Shown here piece after piece: positions 1-8,325 of a DNA stretch of 26,532 nt. The translations under genes were made by a program, and so were the position numbers. The notes under the pieces are model-generated. The model was not told where the DNA came from and did no database searches. It was given only the letters and a program-made list of their open reading frames with translations. The DNA lies in the IMG/VR virus record IMGVR_UViG_3300020161_003833, positions 1 through 26,532 of that record. One strand, written 5' to 3'. Numbering within the stretch: position 1 is the first letter of the stretch; each line of letters begins with the position of its first letter. This stretch comes from a virus. Taxonomy: Duplodnaviria > Caudoviricetes.

Positions 1-90
1 CCAGGTATGAAGGCAAATACCACATACTATATGCCTTGCAGGACTAGAGAGCAAATGCACAAACAAATCAGGAAATTTAATAAAAAATGA
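1..90 (+). CDS. 3' end of a truncated gene (...PGMKANTTYYMPCRTREQMHKQIRKFNKK*)
   Basis: Open frame from base 1 to TGA 88-90, overlapping the next ATG (ATGA). The YYMPC motif resembles the MYRPC motif inside the prohead protease. Confidence 0.6.
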   Translation, partial: PGMKANTTYYMPCRTREQMHKQIRKFNKK

Positions 91-524
91 TACCAATCGA
101 ACTCATTTCCATGCTAGGAGGCGGAATCACTGGTTTCGTGTTTCGTTATCTAGCTGAAAAAAGAGAGAACGACAAACAAATATTAGAAAGACTAATAACC
201 CTTAATGAACACAAAGACAAGATGATTAATTCTGCCGTCAAGCGCGTTCCTATAGACATAGGAAAAGGCGTTAGGCAATTAATTGTTTTAACTGTTCTTT
301 TTGGTACAATGGCGGCACCATTTATTTTACCATTTTTCGGAATACCCACCATAGTAGAAATTGACGCTAAATCACCAGAACTTCTTTTGGGTATGATTCC
401 TGAATATGGGAAAAAGTTTTTTGTGGAACTGAACGGATATTTATACGCTGAAGAATATAGACAAATTTTACTTAGTATAGTTGGCTTTTATTTCGGTAGT
501 GCTGCAGCATCAAACAAAAGTTAA
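87..524 (+). CDS. Membrane protein, putative holin (3-TM-holin-like)
   Basis: Three hydrophobic segments (N-terminus, LIVLTVLFGTMAAPFILPFFGI, ILLSIVGFYFGS). A C-terminal GFYFGS motif is typical of phage 3TM holin-like proteins. Confidence 0.5.
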   Translation: MIPIELISMLGGGITGFVFRYLAEKRENDKQILERLITLNEHKDKMINSAVKRVPIDIGKGVRQLIVLTVLFGTMAAPFILPFFGIPTIVEIDAKSPELLLGMIPEYGKKFFVELNGYLYAEEYRQILLSIVGFYFGSAAASNKS

Positions 525-525
525 T

Positions 526-771
526 ATGAAATATCTAATCTTATCATCATCAATACTACTTTCAAGCTGTTCTATTACTCCAGAAATAATACCTACAGAG
601 AGACGTGATTCACCTATGACATTAAAACTAAAAGATGGAATTGATGATCCCGGCGTAAAAGAAAATAATTACTCATGGCTTTTTTGGTACGCTCCTGTAG
701 CAGCTATAAGCCTATTATGGGCCAAAAAAGAATTTTTAGATAAAAATACAAAAGCTGCAAATGATAAATGA
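526..771 (+). CDS. Small lipoprotein with C-terminal hydrophobic helix (possible spanin)
   Basis: Start reassigned to ATG 526, 1 nt after the previous stop. MKYLILSSSILLSSC is a signal peptide II with LSSC lipobox. WLFWYAPVAAISLLWA is followed by KK. Confidence 0.6.
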   Translation: MKYLILSSSILLSSCSITPEIIPTERRDSPMTLKLKDGIDDPGVKENNYSWLFWYAPVAAISLLWAKKEFLDKNTKAANDK

Positions 772-1141
772 AATTGAAATAGAAGGTTCAGAAAAACCAT
801 TAAGTTATATAGACATCGTATTATTTGCCACCGCGGCAAAAGTTTCTGGTTCTGTTAGAAAAACTCTTAGCGAAAAAGCCGCTAAACATAATGAAAAATA
901 CGGCTCAGATTCATGTAAAAAAACTTCTACATCTACTCTTATGGCCGTCTTTAGAAGAGGTGTGGGTGCATACAAAACAAATCCACAAAGCGTAAGACCA
1001 AATGTAACTGGTCCTGAACAATGGGGGTATGGCAGAGTAAATGGCTTTCTACACGCGCTTAGGACAGGATCTTTTAAGAGAAAAGCTTTTGATGTAGATT
1101 TATTGCCTTCTTGTCACCCACAAAAAAAGAAAAAGTCATAA
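761..1141 (+). CDS. Conserved viral basic protein (DUF5824-like)
   Basis: Motif L.AVFRRGVGAY.TNP.SVRP.V..PEQWGYGRVN.F, recalled as resembling DUF5824-type viral proteins. Confidence 0.55.
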   Translation: MINEIEIEGSEKPLSYIDIVLFATAAKVSGSVRKTLSEKAAKHNEKYGSDSCKKTSTSTLMAVFRRGVGAYKTNPQSVRPNVTGPEQWGYGRVNGFLHALRTGSFKRKAFDVDLLPSCHPQKKKKS

Positions 1142-1789
1142 ACTTGGTATTTTAGGAGTATTTTTTTTGCCGATACGACTAGGCTTTTGAGGAACATTGT
1201 AACTAAATTCTATGGTTGGTCTATATTCTACAGTAGAATATTCGCTACTAGCATATTCCCATGAATCATTAGTTTCAATCCAAACAGATAGACAAATTGA
1301 CTTGTTATTAGCTAAAGCGTATCTAATTGCTTCTGTTACATTCATTTGAATAGCTTGACCTAATATACTAGAGTCGTGTACCACAATTTGAGACGATACG
1401 GTACTAGAGACTATATCTGGGCTTTGATACGCCCCCGATATGTTCCATGATGCGCCAGCCCTAGGTCTTGTCCAGTTAGATCCAGCTTCCGTCCACGATG
1501 AGTTATCTAAAAATGCTGCTTTTATCGTTATATTTACCTCTCCAGGAGGATCACCTAATCCGGTCCAGCCAATTTGATATAAACTCAAGATGGCGTTTTG
1601 AAGATTTTCCGATGTAACTTCTACAGGTTTCGAAAATCGCATTATAGCAACATTATCCACGCCTAGCAACCCAGATGTATATGATAGACTTAACGCTGAA
1701 GAAGTTCCGTAATTAGTATTTGGCGCAGCTGAATATAGCGTATTGTCTTCTAATGCGGTCGAGTATTTTTTATAGTTTAATGTAGACAT
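1136..1789 (-). CDS. DNRLRE / CBM96-like beta-sandwich domain protein
   Basis: Motifs EDNTLY..APNTNYG, AIMRF, NAILSLY, WTE..SNW...GASW, NVTE and ASSEY....RPTIEFSY match the DNRLRE domain pattern. Confidence 0.7.
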   Translation of the reverse strand: MSTLNYKKYSTALEDNTLYSAAPNTNYGTSSALSLSYTSGLLGVDNVAIMRFSKPVEVTSENLQNAILSLYQIGWTGLGDPPGEVNITIKAAFLDNSSWTEAGSNWTRPRAGASWNISGAYQSPDIVSSTVSSQIVVHDSSILGQAIQMNVTEAIRYALANNKSICLSVWIETNDSWEYASSEYSTVEYRPTIEFSYNVPQKPSRIGKKNTPKIPSL

Positions 1790-1994
1790 TACTTACCCTT
1801 TAATTTGACTCTGCCTCTTCCAGACTCTTTTATTAAACCCAATCTTCTTCTCATCTCTCTTACAGATTTGAGTGTCTTCTTTAGGCTAGCTGATATATCA
1901 ATATCCTTCATTGCCTCAGCATGTGTTCTCAGAAAGTTTTTTTCAATTTCGGTCCATCTTCTTTAGATCCGCTAGAAATTATATTGTTTTCCAT
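1789..1994 (-). pseudogene. Small Myb/HTH-like DNA-binding protein gene interrupted by a 1-nt frameshift
   Basis: GAGG RBS and ATG 1994 give MENNIISSGSK. The -1 frame continues RRWTEIEKNFLRTHAEAMKDIDISASLKKTLKSVREMRRRLGLIKESGRGRVKLKGK* and ends in a TAATG overlap with the 1789 gene. Confidence 0.55.
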
Positions 1995-2010
1995 GTTGCC
2001 TCTAGTAATA

Positions 2011-2016
2011 TTACAC
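2011..2016 (-). promoter_or_regulatory. GTGTAA variant of the putative late promoter box
   Basis: TGTGTAAT on the minus strand, 16 nt upstream of ATG 1994, with an intervening GAGG RBS. Confidence 0.4.
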
Positions 2017-2076
2017 ATTATAATCTTCTCATTATGCTTTTTTTAAAAAAAAGTCCAAATTCGCCTAAGATTAATA

Positions 2077-2661
2077 GTGAAAGAAAAGGACCCTATAAAA
2101 TCTTTTTTAAAGGAAAACTCTAGCAAAGACTGGCTTCTCTCCTACGAAGAAGTAGTTGAGGTTATAGACGGAGTTGCTAGAACACACAGATCAAAGAAAT
2201 TTGGCTTTATGACAGAAGACGATATAGAGTCTCAAGTCAGGCTTATTTGTATACAGCAGTTAAAACTTTATGAAAAGAGCAAAGAAAAAGATAAAAATCC
2301 TAAAAAAAATTTAGAAAAATGGCTAAATAAAATTGCTAAAAACAGGCTTAAAAATTTTTATAGAGACAACTGCTCTTCTGTGAACAAAAAACACGCAGAG
2401 TCTAGAAAAAAATTAGCCAAATCAGCAAATTCTTTAGAAGATACTAATATATCTTTGGATAAAAATTCAATAGTAAATTCTCATATCTACAGTGAAATAG
2501 AGTATCAAGAATTGCAGGAATTTGTCATGAACAGATTAGATGGTATTCATAGGGATATTTACAAGGCGTGTTTGGCAAATGAAGCTGTTACCTCTTACTA
2601 TAAGAATAAACTAGAAGAAAAAATCAAAGAAATTTTGTCGGAGTGGAACAATAATGAATAA
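2077..2661 (+). CDS. Phage sigma70-family (region 2-like) transcription factor
   Basis: EDDIESQVRLICIQQLKLYE...LEKWLNKIAKNRLKNFYRD resembles sigma region 2. A short degenerate region-4-like C-terminus follows. Confidence 0.6.
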   Translation: MKEKDPIKSFLKENSSKDWLLSYEEVVEVIDGVARTHRSKKFGFMTEDDIESQVRLICIQQLKLYEKSKEKDKNPKKNLEKWLNKIAKNRLKNFYRDNCSSVNKKHAESRKKLAKSANSLEDTNISLDKNSIVNSHIYSEIEYQELQEFVMNRLDGIHRDIYKACLANEAVTSYYKNKLEEKIKEILSEWNNNE

Positions 2662-3478
2662 AAAATTGTCGGACGCTCAAATAAAATTTATACAAGAAAG
2701 CATAGCTACAACGTCTATTGCTGAAATTGCTAGGCAGCTTAACTGTTCAGTCAAAACAGTAGAAAGATATAAAAAAAAGATAGCGGAAAACACTATCTCT
2801 GTTTCAGATAAACAGAATAAGGATGGCGAATTTGATAGAGTTTTTTGGGTAAAGGACATAGTCAACTCAGCTAGAGGTCGAAGATTAAAATCAATTCTAA
2901 ATAAAGAAGAGTGGTTGATGTTTTGTGAAGAGTGGGCTAGTTATCATGAGCAGTTGGAAGACTTAAATCATACTGAAGAAAACAGCATAGAGCAAATAAT
3001 ACTTCTTAAGTTAAGAATAGATAAAAATCAGTTTGATTATTCAAAGGCTATCAATTTGAGAGATGTTTTGATGCAAGAGAGTGGCGTAAGAGATATAAAA
3101 GACTTAGATTTGACTGATCCTAATCAAGCTTCTGTATATGAAAAAGTTTTTGCTGCTAGTATGCGAATGACAGATTTGAATAAGGAATATAAAGATCTTT
3201 TAGAGAAAAGCACTAAAATAAGTGAGAGCTTAAACATAACTAGAAAACAAAGAGAGGAAAAGGGAAAAGTTGGAGCTGACACTTTCTTTTCTTTATGCAA
3301 AAAATTTGACTCTAAGAAAACTAGAAATCAAGAAGGTAGAATGGCTGAGTTGCTAAAAATTTCTATGGATACCAAAACAAATCAACTCAGAAATGCTGTA
3401 GAGTTTATGGATGGCGAGGTCGCACCACAGTTATTAGATATTGACACAGTCAAAGAAATGAATGCAAAAAATGAATAA
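2654..3478 (+). CDS. Putative terminase small subunit
   Basis: N-terminal HTH (SIAEIARQLNCSVKTVERY), helical oligomerisation-like region ending LNITRKQR, and position upstream of terL. Confidence 0.55.
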   Translation: MNKKLSDAQIKFIQESIATTSIAEIARQLNCSVKTVERYKKKIAENTISVSDKQNKDGEFDRVFWVKDIVNSARGRRLKSILNKEEWLMFCEEWASYHEQLEDLNHTEENSIEQIILLKLRIDKNQFDYSKAINLRDVLMQESGVRDIKDLDLTDPNQASVYEKVFAASMRMTDLNKEYKDLLEKSTKISESLNITRKQREEKGKVGADTFFSLCKKFDSKKTRNQEGRMAELLKISMDTKTNQLRNAVEFMDGEVAPQLLDIDTVKEMNAKNE

Positions 3479-4424
3479 AACAGCTATTGTAACAGGATGT
3501 CAAGGTCAAGATGGATCTTATTTATGCGAGTTTTTATTAGAAAAAAACTACAACGTCATAGGAATATCTAGAAGATGTTCATCTAGAGAAAATGACTTTA
3601 TTAATAAGTGTCTGTCCTGTCAAAATTTTCAATTAATAAATTTAGATATTACTGATGCATCTGGCATAAACAATTTAATATCATCAATTAGACCAGAAGA
3701 ATATTATAACCTAGCTGCCGCTTCTCATGTTGGTCAAAGTTTTAAAGAGCCTACAGTTTCACTTAAAAATAACGGCGAGTCTGTTGCAATTGCGCTAGAA
3801 GCAATAGTCAATAGTAGTCCAATGACTAAGTTTTATCAGGCATCTACTTCTGAGCTTTTTGGCAATTCTCTAGGACCGCAAAACGAAAACACTGTGTTCG
3901 ACCCTAGAAGTCCTTACGCCGCAGCAAAGCTATACGCTCATAAAATGGTAGGCTTATATAGAGAGGCGTATGGAATACATGCTAGCTGTGGCATTCTATT
4001 CAATCACGAAAGTCCAAGAAGAGGTTTAGACTTTGTCACTAGAAAAATAACCCGTGGTGTGGCTAATTTTGTTAAAACAAAAGAAAAATTTACTTTAGGA
4101 AATCTAGAGGCAAAAAGAGACTGGGGTCATGCTAAGGATTATATAAAAGCAATGTGGATGATGCTACAGCAAGAAAAGGCAGAAGATTATGTTATTGGCA
4201 CTGGAGAAACTACGTCGATTAAAGAAGCTGTTGATTTTGTAATAAATGTAGCTGGTATTTCAGAATGTCCTTATGTCATTGATGAAAGAATGAAAAGACC
4301 AGCAGAAGTTAACCTTTTATGCGCTGATCCATCAAAAGCAAATAATAACTTAGGATGGAAATCTAATCTTAGTTGGAGAGACGTGTTATATGAAATGTAT
4401 TTGAGTGATACAACAACTGTTTAA
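3471..4424 (+). CDS. gmd: GDP-mannose 4,6-dehydratase
   Basis: Rossmann motif TGCQGQDGSYL, YNLAAASHV..SF, FYQASTSELFG, SPYAAAK catalytic motif, ILFNHESPRRG..FVTRKIT and GNLEAKRDWGHAKDY. Start ATG 3471 forms an ATGAATAA overlap with the terS candidate. Confidence 0.93.
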   Translation: MNKTAIVTGCQGQDGSYLCEFLLEKNYNVIGISRRCSSRENDFINKCLSCQNFQLINLDITDASGINNLISSIRPEEYYNLAAASHVGQSFKEPTVSLKNNGESVAIALEAIVNSSPMTKFYQASTSELFGNSLGPQNENTVFDPRSPYAAAKLYAHKMVGLYREAYGIHASCGILFNHESPRRGLDFVTRKITRGVANFVKTKEKFTLGNLEAKRDWGHAKDYIKAMWMMLQQEKAEDYVIGTGETTSIKEAVDFVINVAGISECPYVIDERMKRPAEVNLLCADPSKANNNLGWKSNLSWRDVLYEMYLSDTTTV

Positions 4425-4430
4425 GTGTAT
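4425..4430 (+). promoter_or_regulatory. GTGTAT putative late promoter box
   Basis: Intergenic, immediately upstream of the HNH gene. Confidence 0.5.
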
Positions 4431-4436
4431 TAATGG

Positions 4437-4820
4437 TTGGTGAGAAAAAGAAGAGGCGATAGAGATTACGAAAGCTACAGAAAGTTTAGAACAGAGGTTC
4501 TAAAAAGGGACAATTTTACTTGTCAGTATCCAAATTGTTGTGTAAGAAATGAGTTAGAAGTTCACCATATTAAAAAATACTCAGAACATCATAGGCTTAG
4601 AACAGAAGTTTTCAACGGAATAACCCTTTGCAAGGCGCATCATAAAAAGATAACTGGTAAAGAATATGAGTATGAATCTGTGTTTTTTAAAAAGGTTATA
4701 GCTAACAGTAATCAGAAAGATTGGGAAAAGATAAATGCGCCGAAAAGATTCCACAGAAAGAAAAAAGGCACTAAAAACTTTAAAAGAAACAGTTTACGCA
4801 AACGTAATAATAGACTCTAG
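4437..4820 (+). CDS. HNH endonuclease
   Basis: R..VLKRDNFTCQ...C....LEVHHIK..........NGITLCKAHH motif. Start is TTG 4437 or GTG 4440. Confidence 0.88.
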   Translation: MVRKRRGDRDYESYRKFRTEVLKRDNFTCQYPNCCVRNELEVHHIKKYSEHHRLRTEVFNGITLCKAHHKKITGKEYEYESVFFKKVIANSNQKDWEKINAPKRFHRKKKGTKNFKRNSLRKRNNRL

Positions 4821-5280
4821 AGAAAAAAAGCCATGGGACTTTTCTGACGGACTTCCGTCAGACTTTTTTGTTAAGGGCTCAGAAATAAAAGCATTACCAT
4901 GCGGAGACTATTCCTTAGAAGGATTCTCCGACACAAACGGTATTATCATAGAAAGAAAAAACAGCATAGAAGAGATAGTAGGAAACTTTGGAAAAAACTG
5001 GGATAGATTTCAAAATGAGCTAGACAAACTTGCTCAATATAAAAGAGCGTATATAATAGTAGAGGATGACCTCAGAGACTCTTTTGCTAGATATGCTGTG
5101 AGGAATCCTCTTAAAGGTAAATACTTCACTCTCTCGCCAGATTTTATTTTAAAGCGTGTTTGCGAGATAGATTACAAATGGAATGTAAAAACTTTATTCT
5201 TATCAAATAAATATTTTGCAAAAAAATATGTATGCAATATGTTTAAGCAGTTGATAGTGGAGTCTAAAAATGAAAAATAA
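4735..5280 (+). CDS. ERCC4 (XPF/Mus81-type) domain nuclease
   Basis: IIDSREK, L.CGDYS, IERKNS..E and RF..ELDKL...YIIVE match the ERCC4 GDX(n)ERK motif. Confidence 0.85.
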   Translation: MRRKDSTERKKALKTLKETVYANVIIDSREKKPWDFSDGLPSDFFVKGSEIKALPCGDYSLEGFSDTNGIIIERKNSIEEIVGNFGKNWDRFQNELDKLAQYKRAYIIVEDDLRDSFARYAVRNPLKGKYFTLSPDFILKRVCEIDYKWNVKTLFLSNKYFAKKYVCNMFKQLIVESKNEK

Positions 5281-7285
5281 TTGGTCAAAAGATCATATAG
5301 ACGAGTATTTAAATAATGCGTATCTAGAGATAGGTGACACTTTTGACGTTAAAACCACTCCTGTTTTTCCAGAGAGTCTTTCTAAGAATGAAATACCAGA
5401 AGCTCTAGTTTCTGTTTTCAAAAACTTAGACTATCTACCGTTTACTGTGAAAACTCTGTTGAATATGAATCTTTTTCCATATCAAATGGCAATATTAAAA
5501 ACACTATGGGAAAAGAGATTGCCAATGTTATTAGCAACTAGAGGCGGGTCTAAAACAACAATGTTGGGTTGTTATGCTATAACTAAAGCTCTTCTTGCGC
5601 AAGGAAGCAAAATTGTAGTTGCTGGAGCTGGTTTACGACAATCGGGCTTGGTATTTGAGTCTATGGAAAACATATGGAAAAATGCTCCTATATTGCAAGA
5701 TATTTGCGGTGCTAATAATGGCCCTAGAAGAGGTGTTCTAGGATTTACCTGGGAAATTGGTGAAAGTAAAATTATGGGTATCCCCATAGGAACGGGTGAA
5801 AAAATTAGAGGTCTTAGAGCTAATACCATTATTGTAGACGAATTTGGGTCAGTAAATCCTGATATATTTGAAACTGTAATTAGAGGCTTCGCTTCTGTAC
5901 AAAGTAATAACACATTTGAAAAAGTAAAACAGCAATACCAAATAGACGCTTTAAAGGCAATAGGCATAAGTAATGAATCTATAGATGAATTTGTTGGAGG
6001 AGATAAAGCCGAAGGAAACCAGATCATAATAGCAGGTACCGCAACCTATCAATTCAATCATTTTTATAAATATTACATGGATTATTGTAATTTGGTTTAT
6101 TCAGGTCTGAATAGAAACGACAAATGCGAATACGCCGTAATAAGACTTCCTTGGGAAGAATTGCCTTCTGGTTTAATGGACAAAACCATTTTAGAGCAAG
6201 GTAAGGCTACAATGGATTCTGCAATATTTAAAATGGAATACGGCTGTGTTTTTGCTAAAGACTCAGATGGTTTTTATCCAGCATCGGCTATACATAAAGC
6301 CACATGCCCAGTCTCAAAGGAAACTGGAGAAATTAAGTTTTTTGTAGAAGATTTCGGCAAAAATAATGCTAGATATGTAATGGGTATAGATCCAGCTTCT
6401 GAGAGAGATAACTTTGCTATTTCAATCATAAAAATAGCGGAAGGTCATAGAGAACACGTGTTTTGTTGGAGTACAAATAGAAAAAGATTTGAAAGCAACC
6501 GAAAAAAGAATACCGAGTTTTACGATGGAATACAAGACTATAACACTTTTATAATACGTAAAATTCACGAGCTTTGCAAAAGATTTAACATAGTTAGAAT
6601 AAATATAGACTCAGGCGGTGGCGGCAGATCTGTTATAGAAGGGCTTAAAGATCCTTCGAAATTAAAAGACGGAGGCTTTTGTCTTTATGACATGGATGAT
6701 GAAGAGGTTTCTGATAGACACGGAGCCCACATAATAAAAGTAATAGAATTCTCGTCTAGAGAGTGGTATGAGGCCGCTCATTTTAATCTTCTTAAAGACA
6801 TTACTACCATGCAACATATATTTCCAGCTTATGACGCAATATCTGTTGAGCAAAATAGACTCTCTAATACCGATTACGAACTAGAAGATTTTTCTGTAGA
6901 AAACATACAATACGAGATAGAAGAATGTAAATATCAAACAACATTGATTCAAGAGCAAACCACTTTAAAAGGATACAAGACTTGGGATTTGCCTAGAATC
7001 AAAGGAGTTGTTACCGAGGGTATAAAACTAAGACTTAGAAAGGATCACTTTACTAGTCTTCTTTTGGCGAATGACGCAGCTAGGTCTATTTTAAATACGC
7101 CAAATTCAAACGAAAAATTTGTTTTCGGCGGTTACTCTTTGGGTGAAATTAGAGGAGCAAAAGGAAATGGCGGCGCCATGTACCAAGGAAAAGGTCTTAA
7201 AAAGATGAAAAACGCTAATAATCTATCTAATAGACCTTCAAATTTTAGCAAACCTTATAATTCAGACGGCACTATTGCTTATTGA
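5270..7285 (+). CDS. terL: Terminase large subunit
   Basis: Q-motif LFPYQ, Walker A ATRGGSKT, IRGLRA, Walker B IIVDEF and motif III AGTA. RNase H-type nuclease motifs MGIDPA, IDSGGGG and KDHFTS. Confidence 0.93.
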   Translation: MKNNWSKDHIDEYLNNAYLEIGDTFDVKTTPVFPESLSKNEIPEALVSVFKNLDYLPFTVKTLLNMNLFPYQMAILKTLWEKRLPMLLATRGGSKTTMLGCYAITKALLAQGSKIVVAGAGLRQSGLVFESMENIWKNAPILQDICGANNGPRRGVLGFTWEIGESKIMGIPIGTGEKIRGLRANTIIVDEFGSVNPDIFETVIRGFASVQSNNTFEKVKQQYQIDALKAIGISNESIDEFVGGDKAEGNQIIIAGTATYQFNHFYKYYMDYCNLVYSGLNRNDKCEYAVIRLPWEELPSGLMDKTILEQGKATMDSAIFKMEYGCVFAKDSDGFYPASAIHKATCPVSKETGEIKFFVEDFGKNNARYVMGIDPASERDNFAISIIKIAEGHREHVFCWSTNRKRFESNRKKNTEFYDGIQDYNTFIIRKIHELCKRFNIVRINIDSGGGGRSVIEGLKDPSKLKDGGFCLYDMDDEEVSDRHGAHIIKVIEFSSREWYEAAHFNLLKDITTMQHIFPAYDAISVEQNRLSNTDYELEDFSVENIQYEIEECKYQTTLIQEQTTLKGYKTWDLPRIKGVVTEGIKLRLRKDHFTSLLLANDAARSILNTPNSNEKFVFGGYSLGEIRGAKGNGGAMYQGKGLKKMKNANNLSNRPSNFSKPYNSDGTIAY

Positions 7286-7875
7286 AGACCATGAATAAAT
7301 ACATGTTTGCCGATTCTAATGAAAGTAATAGTTATTTCATTTACTCCATCAAATTTGGTTTTAATTGACCAAGTTTTCTTATTTGGATTTGCGCTGCTTT
7401 GTTGTTTTGTTAAAGTTACCCATTTTGATTTACTCGTGGCCGTGTCTGGATTACAATACAAATATACTTGCTTGGCTTGAGCTTCTGTTAGACCAGTCCC
7501 ATTTGTAAACACTGAATAATCTACTTCTGGTATATTTGTAATTGTAGCGTTACGCATAACGCTATCATATTTTGTTAAGAAGCTAGGGCACGTTGACAGT
7601 CCGTTCCAAATACTAAATTGATAAGGGCATAAACAAACTTGGACTTCTTTGTTAGTGCCAGTATATCCTAATTTGTCATCAGCCATAAAGTATTTTGGTC
7701 CAGTAGTTCTGTTTTTAATAACATTTCTTACTGCTTTTTGTCCTTCTAAAGGTTCTCCTTTAGCTTCACCGTTTAAAGTGGCTATTATAATCTCCTCATC
7801 GCTTTTACCACATAGCATTGAGACTATTTCTGAGATTGCAAAATTTAATTTATTTAACACGGCTTGCTTAATCAT
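7279..7875 (-). CDS. Cell wall hydrolase, SleB/Hydrolase_2 family
   Basis: TLNGEAKGEPLEGQKAVRNVIKNR, VCLCPYQFSIWN, YLYCNP and IGKHVF motifs. Confidence 0.85.
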   Translation of the reverse strand: MIKQAVLNKLNFAISEIVSMLCGKSDEEIIIATLNGEAKGEPLEGQKAVRNVIKNRTTGPKYFMADDKLGYTGTNKEVQVCLCPYQFSIWNGLSTCPSFLTKYDSVMRNATITNIPEVDYSVFTNGTGLTEAQAKQVYLYCNPDTATSKSKWVTLTKQQSSANPNKKTWSIKTKFDGVNEITITFIRIGKHVFIHGLQ

Positions 7876-7882
7876 AAAATAT

Positions 7883-7922
7883 ATACACCGTATACGTTTG
7901 AAATTTTAACTAGCTTGTGTAT
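7883..7922. promoter_or_regulatory. Divergent pair of GTGTAT boxes (7888-7883 minus; 7917-7922 plus)
   Basis: Back-to-back copies, each pointing at the adjacent start codon (7875 minus; 7945 plus, with GGAG RBS). Confidence 0.6.
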
Positions 7923-7944
7923 TAATGACTGGAGAATAATTTAT

Positions 7945-8205
7945 ATGTCATTAAAAAATTCATTAGAAAAATTAAAGGCGGCTATGCGGTATGATATGAT
8001 GCCATTAGGCTCTAACCCGGACATGATGCAACAAGGTCAAATGGGAAATTACGGAGGATATACCAATTGCTGCACTAAAGAGGTTAAGGGCCGTTTACCA
8101 TACGATAATACTTATGGAGTTGTTTGCAATGGTCGATTAGTGGCAGAAGGTCGTATTGGTTCTTTAGGTGAAGGGGCAAAATACTTGCCAGCATGCCCAT
8201 CCTGA
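7945..8205 (+). CDS. Small hypothetical protein (86 aa, Met/Gln/Gly-rich, 4 Cys)
   Basis: Start reassigned to ATG 7945 because of the GGAG RBS and upstream GTGTAT box. Followed by a terminator. Confidence 0.6.
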   Translation: MSLKNSLEKLKAAMRYDMMPLGSNPDMMQQGQMGNYGGYTNCCTKEVKGRLPYDNTYGVVCNGRLVAEGRIGSLGEGAKYLPACPS

Positions 8206-8250
8206 CTAGGCAATTTCCACAATAGGTAGTAAATAACTTTTTAAAATCAG

Positions 8251-8284
8251 GAAAGACCGCAGTTTTCTGCGGTCTTTCTCTTTT
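8251..8284 (+). terminator. Rho-independent terminator
   Basis: GAAAGACCGCAG-TTTT-CTGCGGTCTTTC is a perfect 12-bp stem followed by TCTTTT. Confidence 0.85.
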
Positions 8285-8297
8285 ACAGAATTTCATT

Positions 8298-8303
8298 GTG
8301 TAT
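8298..8303 (+). promoter_or_regulatory. GTGTAT putative late promoter box for portal
   Basis: Lies between the terminator and the portal start. Confidence 0.55.
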
Positions 8304-8325
8304 GTAATTCCATTGAGATCCAATC

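Noticed and set aside
2037-2053. C-T7-A8-G palindrome between divergent genes
   Set aside because: Low-complexity A/T run with no second copy to support an operator.
1911-2123. Plus-strand 70-aa ORF
   Set aside because: Spans the divergent promoter region and lies antisense to the better-supported HTH gene.
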